64,000 nt of DNA from an uncultured Bacteroidales bacterium (GCA_964652315.1 CAZZBU010000004.1:1233-65232); one strand, 5' to 3'; shown: positions 45,029-56,179, numbered from the stretch's first letter. Notes: a model not told the origin generated them from the sequence alone. A program made the numbers and translations.

Positions 45029-45469
45029 ATGAAAAGTATTATTCTACTTTCTTTCCTAGCAATAATCTCTTTCGGAAGCGTTCATGCCCAGATGGAGGAG
45101 GCCCTTGTAAGGGAATGTGCGAAGAGTATAGGTGAAGAAGCAACTTATCTGAAGGATTTTGTGGTTGACCTTGGCCCGGCTGAAGCCGACGGACGTCCGC
45201 CACAATCGAAATTTTCCATGGTGTTGAGTAAAAACACTGTATATAAATTTACCGTCTGTAATTCAGATACCAAACCCGGAAAAGGAGTCATTCAGTTGTT
45301 CGACACCAACCGGATGCTTGGTAGTTCCTATATGGAAGCTACAGGCAAGGATTATCAGGGATTTGAATTCAAATGCCAGAAAACCGGGGTGTACCACCTT
45401 TTTGTTCATTTCCAGGAAGGAAAACCCGGAATGGCGGTGTGTATTATTTCTTATGTGGAAACGATGTAA
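45029..45469 (+). CDS. Small secreted protein of unknown function
   Basis: Signal peptide MKSIILLSFLAIISFGSVHAQ. 146 aa with four Cys. No family recognised. Confidence 0.6.
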   Translation: MKSIILLSFLAIISFGSVHAQMEEALVRECAKSIGEEATYLKDFVVDLGPAEADGRPPQSKFSMVLSKNTVYKFTVCNSDTKPGKGVIQLFDTNRMLGSSYMEATGKDYQGFEFKCQKTGVYHLFVHFQEGKPGMAVCIISYVETM

Positions 45470-45504
45470 GGAAAATAGCATTTAAGGTTAAGATATAAGA
45501 AAAA

Positions 45505-45537
45505 ACCCTGTTGGCTTGAGCTGGCAGGGTCTTTTTT
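45505..45537 (+). terminator. Rho-independent terminator after the 45029-45469 gene
   Basis: ACCCTGTTGGC-TTGA-GCTGGCAGGGT hairpin (6 Watson-Crick pairs, 3 G:U wobbles, then 2 more pairs) followed by CTTTTTT. Confidence 0.6.
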
Positions 45538-45547
45538 GTCTTATATA

Positions 45548-45582
45548 TTGGCAAGGCGACTTTGAGTCGCCCTGCCAATTTT
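45548..45582 (+). terminator. Second hairpin terminator in the convergent gap (possibly bidirectional)
   Basis: TTGGCAAGGCGAC-TTTGA-GTCGCCCTGCCAA (12 of 13 positions paired) followed by TTTT. It lies between the convergent genes ending at 45469 (+) and 45656 (-). Confidence 0.55.
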
Positions 45583-45655
45583 CAGTTAAGCGTTGTATCC
45601 TCACTACGCTTGAATATTCTTTACCGGCAAATGACTTCTGTTGATATAATCAATC

Positions 45656-46636
45656 TTAAATAAACCCGGAGATAATTTCAATAATCCTTTCCCTGTCAAT
45701 ATCATGCATACACTTAAAATGCTTCTTTGGGCATTTCTGATACCCGATTTTAGAACACGGCCGGCAGGATAATCCTTTAACTTCAGCAATGTGTGAACCT
45801 TCACCTGGCAGGTAAGGATACATGCCAAATTCAGGAATGGTATTTCCCCACAACGACACAATGGGCTTTTTAAACGCTGAAGCAATATGCATCAACCCGG
45901 TATCATTGCTGACAATAACCCTTGCCTGCCTGACCAGGGAAGCCGAACCATTTAAGGAATACTTGCCACAGCCATTATACACCAGCGGGCCTGTTTGAGA
46001 AACTATCATCCCCGCTTCGGCATTGTCATCCGGGCCACCTAACAAAATAACCGGTTTATTAAGCGTTTTAATAATTTCAACCACATGTTCTACAGGATAT
46101 TTTTTTGTGTTGTGTTTTGCTCCGATAACCCAGCCAATGTATCCTTTTTGATGGGTTACAGGAAGGGTATTTAATTCAATTTCCTCTGAGGGTGGAATAA
46201 AATAATCCAGCCCCTGGGTATCGTTTTCCACATCAAATAGCCTGAGGGTGTTCATGTACCGGTCAACAATATGCATATCAGGCAGACGGTTCAATTTAAA
46301 GTTTACCATCAACCATTTAGGCAGGTTAATCTTATTAAACGTGAATGACATACGTTTAAGGCGGTTTTTAATAATCGTTGTCCGGATATTATGGTGCAGG
46401 TCTATGATGTAATCGTATGGTTGGTCTTTTAAAACCCGGATAAGCGATTTTAAACCATCGTCCAGTGTAATGACCTTGTCCACGTATGGATTGGGCTCCA
46501 GAATGCCTTTAAATTGTTTTTTTGTCACATAATGTACTTCGGCTCCTTCAACCTGTTGTTTTAAACAACGAACAACCGGAGTGGTAAGGACAATATCGCC
46601 AATGGAACTGAAACGGATAATTAAAAATCGGACCAC
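45656..46636 (-). CDS. Glycosyltransferase family 9 (ADP-heptose:LPS heptosyltransferase-like)
   Basis: The N-terminus MVRFLIIRFSSIGDIVLTTPVVRCLK is the GT9 hallmark. C-terminal ..VSNDTGLMHIASAFKKPIVSLWG... Confidence 0.85.
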   Translation of the reverse strand: MVRFLIIRFSSIGDIVLTTPVVRCLKQQVEGAEVHYVTKKQFKGILEPNPYVDKVITLDDGLKSLIRVLKDQPYDYIIDLHHNIRTTIIKNRLKRMSFTFNKINLPKWLMVNFKLNRLPDMHIVDRYMNTLRLFDVENDTQGLDYFIPPSEEIELNTLPVTHQKGYIGWVIGAKHNTKKYPVEHVVEIIKTLNKPVILLGGPDDNAEAGMIVSQTGPLVYNGCGKYSLNGSASLVRQARVIVSNDTGLMHIASAFKKPIVSLWGNTIPEFGMYPYLPGEGSHIAEVKGLSCRPCSKIGYQKCPKKHFKCMHDIDRERIIEIISGFI

Positions 46637-46674
46637 GTTGTTGATAAAAATTCATTTTGCCGGTGTTACCGGAA

Positions 46675-47430
46675 TTAATTCTTCTTTAATTGATTAAAAA
46701 ACAACAACAAATCAAACCAGAATTTATCGCTGCTGCTGTTGGTTTCCCAAAGGAGCCTGGCTCCCCTGTATCCCCTGTCGGCCTGATGGTAAACCGTAGT
46801 TAAAAGCATGGGAGCTACCGGTTCAAGCATTGTTTGAATAAAAGGTTTTTCATCCTTGCCTGCCAATACGCACAAGGGCTTATTGTAAGCAGTGATGTGT
46901 TGGCTGACCACCATATCCGGACGGAGGTATTCTCCCGGGCTAAATGCCAGCACAGCTTTCACCCTTGCATTGTTTCGGGCCAGGATCATCGCTACAGAGC
47001 CTGATACCAGGCTACCTGCCAGAATAACCGGCTGGTTGGTCCGGCCGTAAACATAATCAATGGCGGCTTCGATGTCGTAACTCAATCCCTCAAAGTTTCC
47101 GGTTAGGTTCACATCAGAATTATTCTGGACAGTAAGATTCTGCACATAATTGATTTTATCTCCATGGCGCATATCCAGTACCAGGCAATTATAATCAAGG
47201 TTCAGGAGTTTCTCAGCAATGGCATTGAACTCGCCCCGGCTTGAGCCCGGTGCGTGAGCCATGATGATGTAAGGATACGAAGGATTTTTTAAATATACAT
47301 CGGCAAATACCTCGACACTGTCAGAGGTATAAAATGAAACCAACCGCTGTGACCATGCGGCGGTTGGCAATAATGTTATTATTATCAGTATGAATGTCTT
47401 GATCTTCATTCTTTTGTAACCCGTGGCCAT
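46675..47430 (-). CDS. Secreted alpha/beta-hydrolase-fold protein (dienelactone-hydrolase-like)
   Basis: Signal peptide present. ..YIIMAHAPGSSRGEF.. and ..VILAGSLVSGSVAM.. (non-canonical nucleophile elbow) suggest an alpha/beta hydrolase fold. An alternative ATG lies at 47409. Confidence 0.5.
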   Translation of the reverse strand: MATGYKRMKIKTFILIIITLLPTAAWSQRLVSFYTSDSVEVFADVYLKNPSYPYIIMAHAPGSSRGEFNAIAEKLLNLDYNCLVLDMRHGDKINYVQNLTVQNNSDVNLTGNFEGLSYDIEAAIDYVYGRTNQPVILAGSLVSGSVAMILARNNARVKAVLAFSPGEYLRPDMVVSQHITAYNKPLCVLAGKDEKPFIQTMLEPVAPMLLTTVYHQADRGYRGARLLWETNSSSDKFWFDLLLFFNQLKKN

Positions 47431-47438
47431 AAAGGATG

Positions 47439-47675
47439 TTATTCAGCAAGAATGGTAATGATATTCCGGTTTACTTCCACTATCCCTCCGTTAACCGGAA
47501 ATTCCCGGTCAGTGTATGAATCATCAATAATGCGCACTTTTCCTTTTTCCAGGGTGGAAATGATGGGTGCGTGATTTTTTAGGATGGTAAATGATCCTTT
47601 GCTGCCGGGAACCTGAACCATCCTGACCTCACCGGAGAATACCCTGCTCTGAGGGGTTACAATTTCAAGCTTCAT
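47439..47675 (-). CDS. atpC: F0F1 ATP synthase epsilon subunit (short form)
   Basis: MKLEIVTPQSRVFSGEVRMVQVPGSKGSFTILKNHAPIISTLEKG... Located directly downstream of atpD. Confidence 0.9.
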   Translation of the reverse strand: MKLEIVTPQSRVFSGEVRMVQVPGSKGSFTILKNHAPIISTLEKGKVRIIDDSYTDREFPVNGGIVEVNRNIITILAE

Positions 47676-47689
47676 AATAAGTTAATTGT

Positions 47690-49210
<1,521 letters not shown>

Positions 49211-49491
49211 TTATTAAGATTATGTTACACTTCTCAGTTTAAAGTTAATAAACATTTTCAATTAAAAGAGAACAAAAGAAGGTATTTCCATCAAAAATTC
49301 CTTTTCATTGGTATAATTTAACCTACCTTTGTGAAGATGACAGAATGTTAACATAATAAACCTTATGATTTATTCTTTTAATATCTGTTTTACTTGTTTT
49401 GGAACATTTTTGTTTTTATTTTTATTTATTAATTGACCTGTTTCATCCAGGCCTCGTTTTGGAGAGAATTTATTAGTAAACTAAACACCAA

Positions 49492-49887
49492 ATGGAGCAT
49501 AGATTAATCTTCTTTGTTGATGATGAAAAAGCCATATTAAATCTACTCGAATATACGTTTAGCAGCCGCGACGGATATGAAGTGAAAACCTTCAGTTCAG
49601 GAGAAGAATGTGTTGCCAATTTAGAAAGGAATCCCGATCTTATCGTGCTCGACCACATGCTTTGGCCACGAAATGAATCCAATTGGTCCGGCCTTGATGT
49701 ACTTAAAAAGGTTAGAGAGCTTGGTCATGACATTCCGGTGATTGTCCTTTCAGGGACGCAGGAGCCTGATCTTATTGATGATTATTATGCCAATGGGGCC
49801 ACAAAATACATCATTAAAAACAGCTTTTTTATTGATACCCTTATTGAAACCATCAAACAACAATTTCTGGTAAAAACAACACAATAG
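49492..49887 (+). CDS. Stand-alone response-regulator receiver protein
   Basis: REC residues: FVDDE (acidic pocket), LIVLDHML (phospho-acceptor Asp), VIVLSG, ATKYIIK (Lys). No output domain. Confidence 0.8.
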   Translation: MEHRLIFFVDDEKAILNLLEYTFSSRDGYEVKTFSSGEECVANLERNPDLIVLDHMLWPRNESNWSGLDVLKKVRELGHDIPVIVLSGTQEPDLIDDYYANGATKYIIKNSFFIDTLIETIKQQFLVKTTQ

Positions 49888-49994
49888 TTTTTAACATTTT
49901 CCTGATAAACATCCTTTACTGTTTATAATTTCTATCTTAGTATTGCAGTTTGTTTCCGGTTGCACGGATTAGCTAATTTAGAGAAGGGTTTGCT

Positions 49995-52412
49995 ATGCGT
50001 TTAAGCGTTAAAATGGTGTTATTGATTCTGTTGCCCACTACATTGATTTTACTTACAGCATTAAGTTTTATCAATGTACGATATAAACGCATGGCCTTAC
50101 AGGATGCCCAATATATTGCTGATTCCTACGCCAGGGAATATGCCAATAAGATACAGGCCGAACTGAATGAAGACCTGGGTATTGCCAGGAATATGGCTGA
50201 TGCTTTTTTGGCTGTTAAAGAAACCAGTAAGCAACCTGATTCACTGTATTTTTCTTTGCTAGATCATACTCTCAACCGCAATCAGGAATATATAGCCGTC
50301 TTTCTTCAATGGGAGCTTTCGGCTATCAGGCCCGGATATACCAAACCATACGGGCGCCGGCGCCTGAGCATGTACCGGACTGAAAATGAAGTAAAAAGGA
50401 AAGATGAACTTCTAAACCTCGATGGGGATGATACTACCGGGATTTACTATAAGGTGAAGAAAACAAAAAAAGAATATGTATTAAATCCGTATTATTATTC
50501 TTATACCCTCGAAAAAGCGTTACCTTCTGAAAAACCGGTTACAGAGAAAGATGTGCTTGAAACCACCCTCATTGTTCCCATCCTGCAGCAGGGTAAATAC
50601 ATTGGGATGACCGGCATGGATATCCCGCTTGATCGTTTCCGGAGTCTGATAGATTCCATTAAGCCATTCCCCCAGAGCTATGCCTTCCTGGCTTCAAACA
50701 ATGGCAAATGGGTGGCACATGGCGACCGGTTTTTGGTAAATACCCGCATTGCCGATGAGAATCCGGAGGATAATCAAAAATTTCAGTTTGAGCAAAAAAT
50801 TCAAAAGGGAGAAACAGCATCCTTCCTTTCAGAGTACTCCAAAACGGGAAGCAAAGCTTATGTTACATTTGCCCCCATTTACATCGGCAAGTCAGACTCG
50901 CCATGGTCACTTGGAATTGTATTTCCGGTGGATATCATTATGGCCAACGCCCGGAAGCACCTGATTTTTTCAACAGTGGTAGGAATAATTGGGTTCATTT
51001 TGTTGTTTATCAGCATTATTGTTGTATCAAGGGGCATTACCAGGCCCATTGGACAGGCTACCGATAAGCTTAAGGCGCTTTCAAAAGGAGCCATCCATGA
51101 AGCCAAGTTACTGGAGGTAAGGTCAGGTGATGAGGTGGGCGAAATGACCCAATCCATCAATACCCTTATCGAAGCCCTGAACCGGATTGCTGGTTTTGCC
51201 ACCGAACTGGGCAGTGGAAAGCTTGATGCAGATTATACCCTGTTGGGCGATTATGATATTTTGGGGCATACCCTGATAGGAATGCGCGACAACATCAAAA
51301 AGGCCAATGAGGAACTTCATAAATTATCTATCGTTGCCAGCCGGACAGATACTGCCGTGGTTATTATGGATGCTGAGGGTAACATTGAATGGGCAAACCA
51401 GGCCCTGAAACAAATATATGGGTATTCATTATCTGATGTAAAAGGCAATAACCTTGAACAATTCAGTAAAAACAAAAACATCAGAAAGTACCTGGATGAT
51501 TGTAAAAAATATAAAACCTCCATATTCTATCAGACTTATGCAGAAACTAAGGCCGGGACCCATCTCTGGGTACAAACCACCATTACCCCTATCATGGAGA
51601 ACGGGCATATTGAGAAGTTGGTGGCCATAGATACTGATATCAATGACTTGAAAAAGGCTGAGGAAGAAATTCTGAGTCAGAAGGACAGAATAGAACAGCA
51701 GCGGGACAAGCTGGAGCACCTGAACGCTATGAAGGATAAATTTTTTACCATCATTGCCCATGACATGAAAAACCCCTTTGCCTCATTGCTATCAATAACA
51801 CAGTCGCTTTCTGATTCAATTGAAGACCTCTCCAAGGAAGAAGCCCGTTTTTATCTTAAAAGGGTGTTTAAATCTGCAGAGCTTTTGCACGGCCTGCTCG
51901 AAAACCTGTTGCAATGGGCCACGGCACAAACCGGCCGCATGGAATTCAACCCGGAGCCTTTTGATATCCATGACACCATTGATGATACGGTTCAATTGAT
52001 GAAAATATTCGCCGATCGGAAAAATATCGGGTTACATTCCTCTGTTGATGATTCGGTGCTGATCAATGCCGATAAAAACATGATTACAACTGTCATACGA
52101 AACCTAATCAACAATGCCATAAAATATACACCGGAACAGGGCAGGGTTGATGTTCATGTTTCCAAAACAGAAGATGAAGCCATAATTACCGTTGAAGACA
52201 ATGGTATTGGTATTTCAGCAGAGGATCAGGAAAAGCTTTTCAGAATTGACGTAAAAACAAAGGCTATCGGGCCTTCTGACAAGGAAAAAGGAACGGGAAT
52301 AGGATTGATTTTATGCAAGGAATTTGTTGACAGGAATGAGGGAAAAATATGGGTGGAAAGTACACCCGGCAAAGGTAGCCGGTTTCGGTTTACTGTGAAA
52401 TTAGCTGGTTGA
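49995..52412 (+). CDS. Sensor histidine kinase: TM, Cache-like extracytoplasmic domain, TM, HAMP, PAS, HisKA, HATPase_c
   Basis: Cache-like ..LIVPILQQGKYIGMTGMDIPLDRF..AFLASNNGKWVAHGD... HAMP ..ITRPIGQATDKLKALSKG..GDEVGEMTQSINTLI... PAS ..DTAVVIMDAEGNIEWANQAL... H-box FFTIIAHDMKNPF, N-box [13 protein letters not shown]-boxes ..EDNGIGIS.. and ..GTGIGL... Confidence 0.88.
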   Translation: MRLSVKMVLLILLPTTLILLTALSFINVRYKRMALQDAQYIADSYAREYANKIQAELNEDLGIARNMADAFLAVKETSKQPDSLYFSLLDHTLNRNQEYIAVFLQWELSAIRPGYTKPYGRRRLSMYRTENEVKRKDELLNLDGDDTTGIYYKVKKTKKEYVLNPYYYSYTLEKALPSEKPVTEKDVLETTLIVPILQQGKYIGMTGMDIPLDRFRSLIDSIKPFPQSYAFLASNNGKWVAHGDRFLVNTRIADENPEDNQKFQFEQKIQKGETASFLSEYSKTGSKAYVTFAPIYIGKSDSPWSLGIVFPVDIIMANARKHLIFSTVVGIIGFILLFISIIVVSRGITRPIGQATDKLKALSKGAIHEAKLLEVRSGDEVGEMTQSINTLIEALNRIAGFATELGSGKLDADYTLLGDYDILGHTLIGMRDNIKKANEELHKLSIVASRTDTAVVIMDAEGNIEWANQALKQIYGYSLSDVKGNNLEQFSKNKNIRKYLDDCKKYKTSIFYQTYAETKAGTHLWVQTTITPIMENGHIEKLVAIDTDINDLKKAEEEILSQKDRIEQQRDKLEHLNAMKDKFFTIIAHDMKNPFASLLSITQSLSDSIEDLSKEEARFYLKRVFKSAELLHGLLENLLQWATAQTGRMEFNPEPFDIHDTIDDTVQLMKIFADRKNIGLHSSVDDSVLINADKNMITTVIRNLINNAIKYTPEQGRVDVHVSKTEDEAIITVEDNGIGISAEDQEKLFRIDVKTKAIGPSDKEKGTGIGLILCKEFVDRNEGKIWVESTPGKGSRFRFTVKLAG

Positions 52413-52739
52413 CAGGACAGTACTAACTTACTCTATATTCAAAATCAAAATGTTGGTTCAACACATAGAGTTTATAATAAAACTCATAATCATTAATGGT
52501 GTCATTGGTATTAATCACACCGATTTCTGCATTTAAATCCATTGCTCTCATAACTCAACTTTTTTGTTAATGCTAAACTACATTGTCTTGTTTAAGTGTA
52601 CGTTAAGAATGAGTTAAGGAAACAAGAACAAGCAATTAGTTATTAACATTACACAAGTTTTGCTGTTAATAACCATGATTTTTCAGAACTTTGCCATCCA
52701 ATACCAGAATTTTTCTATAAAAAACATAACATTCAGAAA

Positions 52740-53687
52740 ATGAAAGCAGCGGTTATTAATGCTTATGGGAATCCAGACGTTTTTGAAGTAACGGATTTAC
52801 CTTTACCTGAGCCTGGGGACACAGATGTTTTAATTAACGTTATGGCCTCCGGCATCAATCCGGTGGATTGGAAAATCCGCAAAGGCAATCACAAATATAC
52901 CCTGGGAACGCATTTTCCTATTGTGCTGGGGTTTGATGCATCCGGTGAAGTGGTTAAAACCGGAAAAAAAGTGACCCGTTTTAAACCCGGGGATAAAGTG
53001 TACGGAAGGCTGGATAAGAAATACGGTCGTGCACTGGCTGAATATGCCCTGGGCAGTGAGGGTGTTTTTGATTTTATTCCTGAAAAACTCTCGTTTGAGG
53101 AAGCAGCCTCCATCCCACTGGCTGCTGTTACAGCACTGCAGGCCTTGCGCGATAAAGGAAAGATTACAAAAGGCATGGACATACTGATTATTGGTGCTAC
53201 CGGAGGTGTGGGTCATTTTGCAGTACAACTGGCCAGGCATTTTGAGACAAAAGTTACAGCCGTGGTCGGACCGGGACATGATGCCCTGCTCAATCGGCTT
53301 CAGCCAGATTCAGTGATCAATTACAAGGAATCAGATTTTAGGCAGCAGGCTAAACAATACGATATAATCTTTGACGCAGCTGGAAAAACCTCTTATCCGG
53401 ACTGCAGGAAAATCCTAAAGAAGGGCGGTTGTTACATCACCACCCTGCCCCGGCCCAAACTGCTAATTCATAAACTAATAAGTATATTCAGTGCCGGAAA
53501 GAAGGTTAAAACCCTGTTGATGAAATCAAAAGGAGAAGACCTGGCCTTCATCTCAGGGCTGATAAAAAAGGGTCAGTTTTTTGTAAAAATTGATAAAACC
53601 TATCCTCTGGAGGCTGTCACCGCTGCCCATCAATATGCTGAACGAGGACATACCGAAGGGAAGGTGGTAATTAGAGTTTCCGGTTAG
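52740..53687 (+). CDS. NAD(P)H-dependent medium-chain dehydrogenase/reductase (quinone-oxidoreductase-like)
   Basis: MKAAVINAYGNPDVFEVTDLPLPEPGDTDVLINVMASGINPVDWKIRKG. Rossmann motif IIGATGGVGHFAVQLA. Confidence 0.85.
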   Translation: MKAAVINAYGNPDVFEVTDLPLPEPGDTDVLINVMASGINPVDWKIRKGNHKYTLGTHFPIVLGFDASGEVVKTGKKVTRFKPGDKVYGRLDKKYGRALAEYALGSEGVFDFIPEKLSFEEAASIPLAAVTALQALRDKGKITKGMDILIIGATGGVGHFAVQLARHFETKVTAVVGPGHDALLNRLQPDSVINYKESDFRQQAKQYDIIFDAAGKTSYPDCRKILKKGGCYITTLPRPKLLIHKLISIFSAGKKVKTLLMKSKGEDLAFISGLIKKGQFFVKIDKTYPLEAVTAAHQYAERGHTEGKVVIRVSG

Positions 53688-53695
53688 CCTTATAT

Positions 53696-56179
53696 TTACA
53701 CGCATTCCTTGGTTAATCCCTGCTGAATGCTGGATTTAACCTTGTCAGTCAGGGAATCATAACTATGGTTCTCAGGAGAAATGGGAGGATGAAACTCAAC
53801 GCAAATCCGCTTAAAAGGTTTTGGGAATTTGCTTCCGGTTGGCAGGGCATTCCCAGCTCCCTCAATGGAAACCGGAACAACCGGCACATTAAGTTCCCGG
53901 CTCAGGATGGCAAAAGTCTTTTTGAAGTCTCCCAACTTTCCGCTTTTTGATCGTGTACCTTCAGGGAATATGATGATGTTTTTGCGCTCCTTTAATGCTA
54001 CTGCCATTTTTTGAATGGATTCCTTAAGGTTATTGTTCAGGTCCATTACAATGATATTATTGCGCGCTGCCAGGAACTTAAGCCATGGTTTGCGAACATG
54101 TTTCTCCTTGGCATAAAAGTAAGTCCTTCGTAATGCTTTAATTTTGAGCAATGAAACCACAAACAATCCATCGATGTAGCTCTGATGGTTCGGGGCAATG
54201 ATGCAAGGTCCTTCCGGAATGTTTTTCGTTCCACGGGCTTTAAACCTAAAATAAACATGGAAAAAATATTTGGAAGCCTTCATTAAAAGATTGCCTGAAA
54301 ACCAGCTTTTGGGCAGATTCATGTGTATTTTTTCTTTTAGGATCTCAGACCAGTTGATGTGTTCCGGTTTAGCTTTTTGTCCGTGTTTTTCGAGGTGTTC
54401 CGCCAGCTTAACAATGGAGCCAAAGGCTACCAGCTCATTGGGTTCAATGGCTAATCCAAATGTTTGTTCAATGAAAACCTGGAGGTACACTTTGTCGAGT
54501 GAATCAAGGGCAAGGTCATATTCAAGATGATGACCGGGCGATACGGGTACCTTTTTCTCCCTGGCAATAAAATCCCTGAGGATGGTATAGGCTTCAAAAT
54601 CCACATTGGTATCTTCATGGACCGGTTCAAAAGTCTGCCGGCCGAGCTCATCCAGTTTGTACCGTTTTAGCTTTCCAAGTCGGGTACGGGGTAATTCCTT
54701 GTCTGTGAGTACAATTTTGCCAATACGTTTGTATGGCGACACCAGTTGATTATATTTTTCCTGTACTTCTGTGCGCATCCGGCTGTACGCTTTTTTTTCA
54801 CCGTTTTCCCTGAGAAAATCTTCAGGCACCACAATCAAAGCACAAAGTTTGTTATCTTCCTGATAGACGGCTGTTTCCTGGACAAGTTCAGAATACGTTA
54901 GCAATGATTCCTCAATCTCTACCGGATTGATGTTTTTGCCATTCGGCAATACAATGATTTCTTTTCGCCTTCCAGTAATGTGAAGGAATCCCTGTTCATC
55001 CAGCCGGCCCAAATCACCGGTATGCAACCAGCCATCTTTAATGACCTCAGCAGTTTCTTCAGGGCGGTTGTAATAACCCTGCATCAGGTTTGGGCCTTTA
55101 ACCAGAATTTCATTCTGTTCGAATTTTACTTCAACTTCTTTTAGCACAAATCCCGGGGAGCCTGGTTTTACTTTACCAGGATGCGTAAAGGTAATCATCG
55201 GAGCCATTTCACTCATGCCATAGCCTTCCAGCACTTCAAATCCCAGGGTTTTATAATCGTTAGCCACATCCATGTCAAGCGCAGCACCTCCACAAACAAG
55301 ATGTTTAACATGACCGCCAAATTTTTTATGTACGGTGTTGAATAGTTTTCTGGAGAACGTATATGAATCAACCCGTTTTGCCAGGTTAAAGAGCATCCGG
55401 GTGATGCCTTTGCTGTTGATTTTATCCATGATACCATTGCGGATGGCTGAATACAGCCTGGGGACACCGATTAAAATGGTAATTCTGTTCTTCTGCAGGG
55501 TATCTATAATGTCTTTTGATGCCAGCGATGGAGAAATAGCAACCGTGCTTCCTGAGTAGAATGGGATAACCAGGGTACCCATTAATGGAAATACATGGTG
55601 CAGGGGCAGCAACATAAGTACACGCTGTGGCTCTGTGATGATGGGTACTTCTTCTGCAACGGCTCGGATATTCACCAGGAGGTTTTTAAAACTGAGCATA
55701 ACACCCTTAGGATTACCTGTAGTGCCGGATGTATAGATGATGACCGCCGTCTTATCTTCAGCAGTACCCAGCTCAATTTTGGAAGGAAGTTTTTTTGCAT
55801 CGGATTCTTCGAATTCATCCAGCACAATTATCCGGGGATTATAATTGAGGTTTTTCAACGCCTCATTCAATACGGAGGTTTTGTCTTTTGAAGTAAAAAT
55901 AATTGCCGGTTGGCAGTCATTTAAAATATAGCTTACCTCCCTGGCAGATGACATAAAGTCAACCGGTACCGGGATCATTCCATTGTTCCAGATGGCGTAA
56001 AATGCATAGATCCATCCGGGGCGGTTTTCCGAAAAAATAACTGCCCGTGCCTCTTTTTCAGATTTAAACAGTGCTGAATACGCATGTACTTTCTGAATTA
56101 ACTCTTTGTAGGAGATTTTAGTCTCTCCGGCTACAAGCGCCGTTTTTTCCCTTGTTTGTAAAAACATTTTATCATTCAA
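53696..56179 (-). CDS. Tri-domain fusion: acyl-AMP/CoA ligase, carrier-protein-like domain, PlsC-type (LPLAT) acyltransferase
   Basis: AMP-binding motifs IIYTSGTTGNPKGVMLS, ..EGYGMSE.., ..GWLHTGDLG.., ..PRTRLGKLKR... Carrier-like ..LEYDLALDSLDKVYL.. with a DSL Ser. Acyltransferase motifs APNHQSYIDG (HX4D) and IIFPEGTRS. Confidence 0.8.
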   Translation of the reverse strand: MNDKMFLQTREKTALVAGETKISYKELIQKVHAYSALFKSEKEARAVIFSENRPGWIYAFYAIWNNGMIPVPVDFMSSAREVSYILNDCQPAIIFTSKDKTSVLNEALKNLNYNPRIIVLDEFEESDAKKLPSKIELGTAEDKTAVIIYTSGTTGNPKGVMLSFKNLLVNIRAVAEEVPIITEPQRVLMLLPLHHVFPLMGTLVIPFYSGSTVAISPSLASKDIIDTLQKNRITILIGVPRLYSAIRNGIMDKINSKGITRMLFNLAKRVDSYTFSRKLFNTVHKKFGGHVKHLVCGGAALDMDVANDYKTLGFEVLEGYGMSEMAPMITFTHPGKVKPGSPGFVLKEVEVKFEQNEILVKGPNLMQGYYNRPEETAEVIKDGWLHTGDLGRLDEQGFLHITGRRKEIIVLPNGKNINPVEIEESLLTYSELVQETAVYQEDNKLCALIVVPEDFLRENGEKKAYSRMRTEVQEKYNQLVSPYKRIGKIVLTDKELPRTRLGKLKRYKLDELGRQTFEPVHEDTNVDFEAYTILRDFIAREKKVPVSPGHHLEYDLALDSLDKVYLQVFIEQTFGLAIEPNELVAFGSIVKLAEHLEKHGQKAKPEHINWSEILKEKIHMNLPKSWFSGNLLMKASKYFFHVYFRFKARGTKNIPEGPCIIAPNHQSYIDGLFVVSLLKIKALRRTYFYAKEKHVRKPWLKFLAARNNIIVMDLNNNLKESIQKMAVALKERKNIIIFPEGTRSKSGKLGDFKKTFAILSRELNVPVVPVSIEGAGNALPTGSKFPKPFKRICVEFHPPISPENHSYDSLTDKVKSSIQQGLTKECV

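Noticed and set aside
52423-52551. 42-aa minus-strand ORF (MRAMDLNAEIGVINTNDTINDYEFYYKLYVLNQHFDFEYRVS) inside the unusually long 327-nt intergenic region 52413-52739
   Set aside because: It has no recognisable family, no clear promoter box or signal, and is an easy chance ORF in AT-rich DNA. It is kept only as a note. Ribosome profiling or conservation in relatives would be needed.
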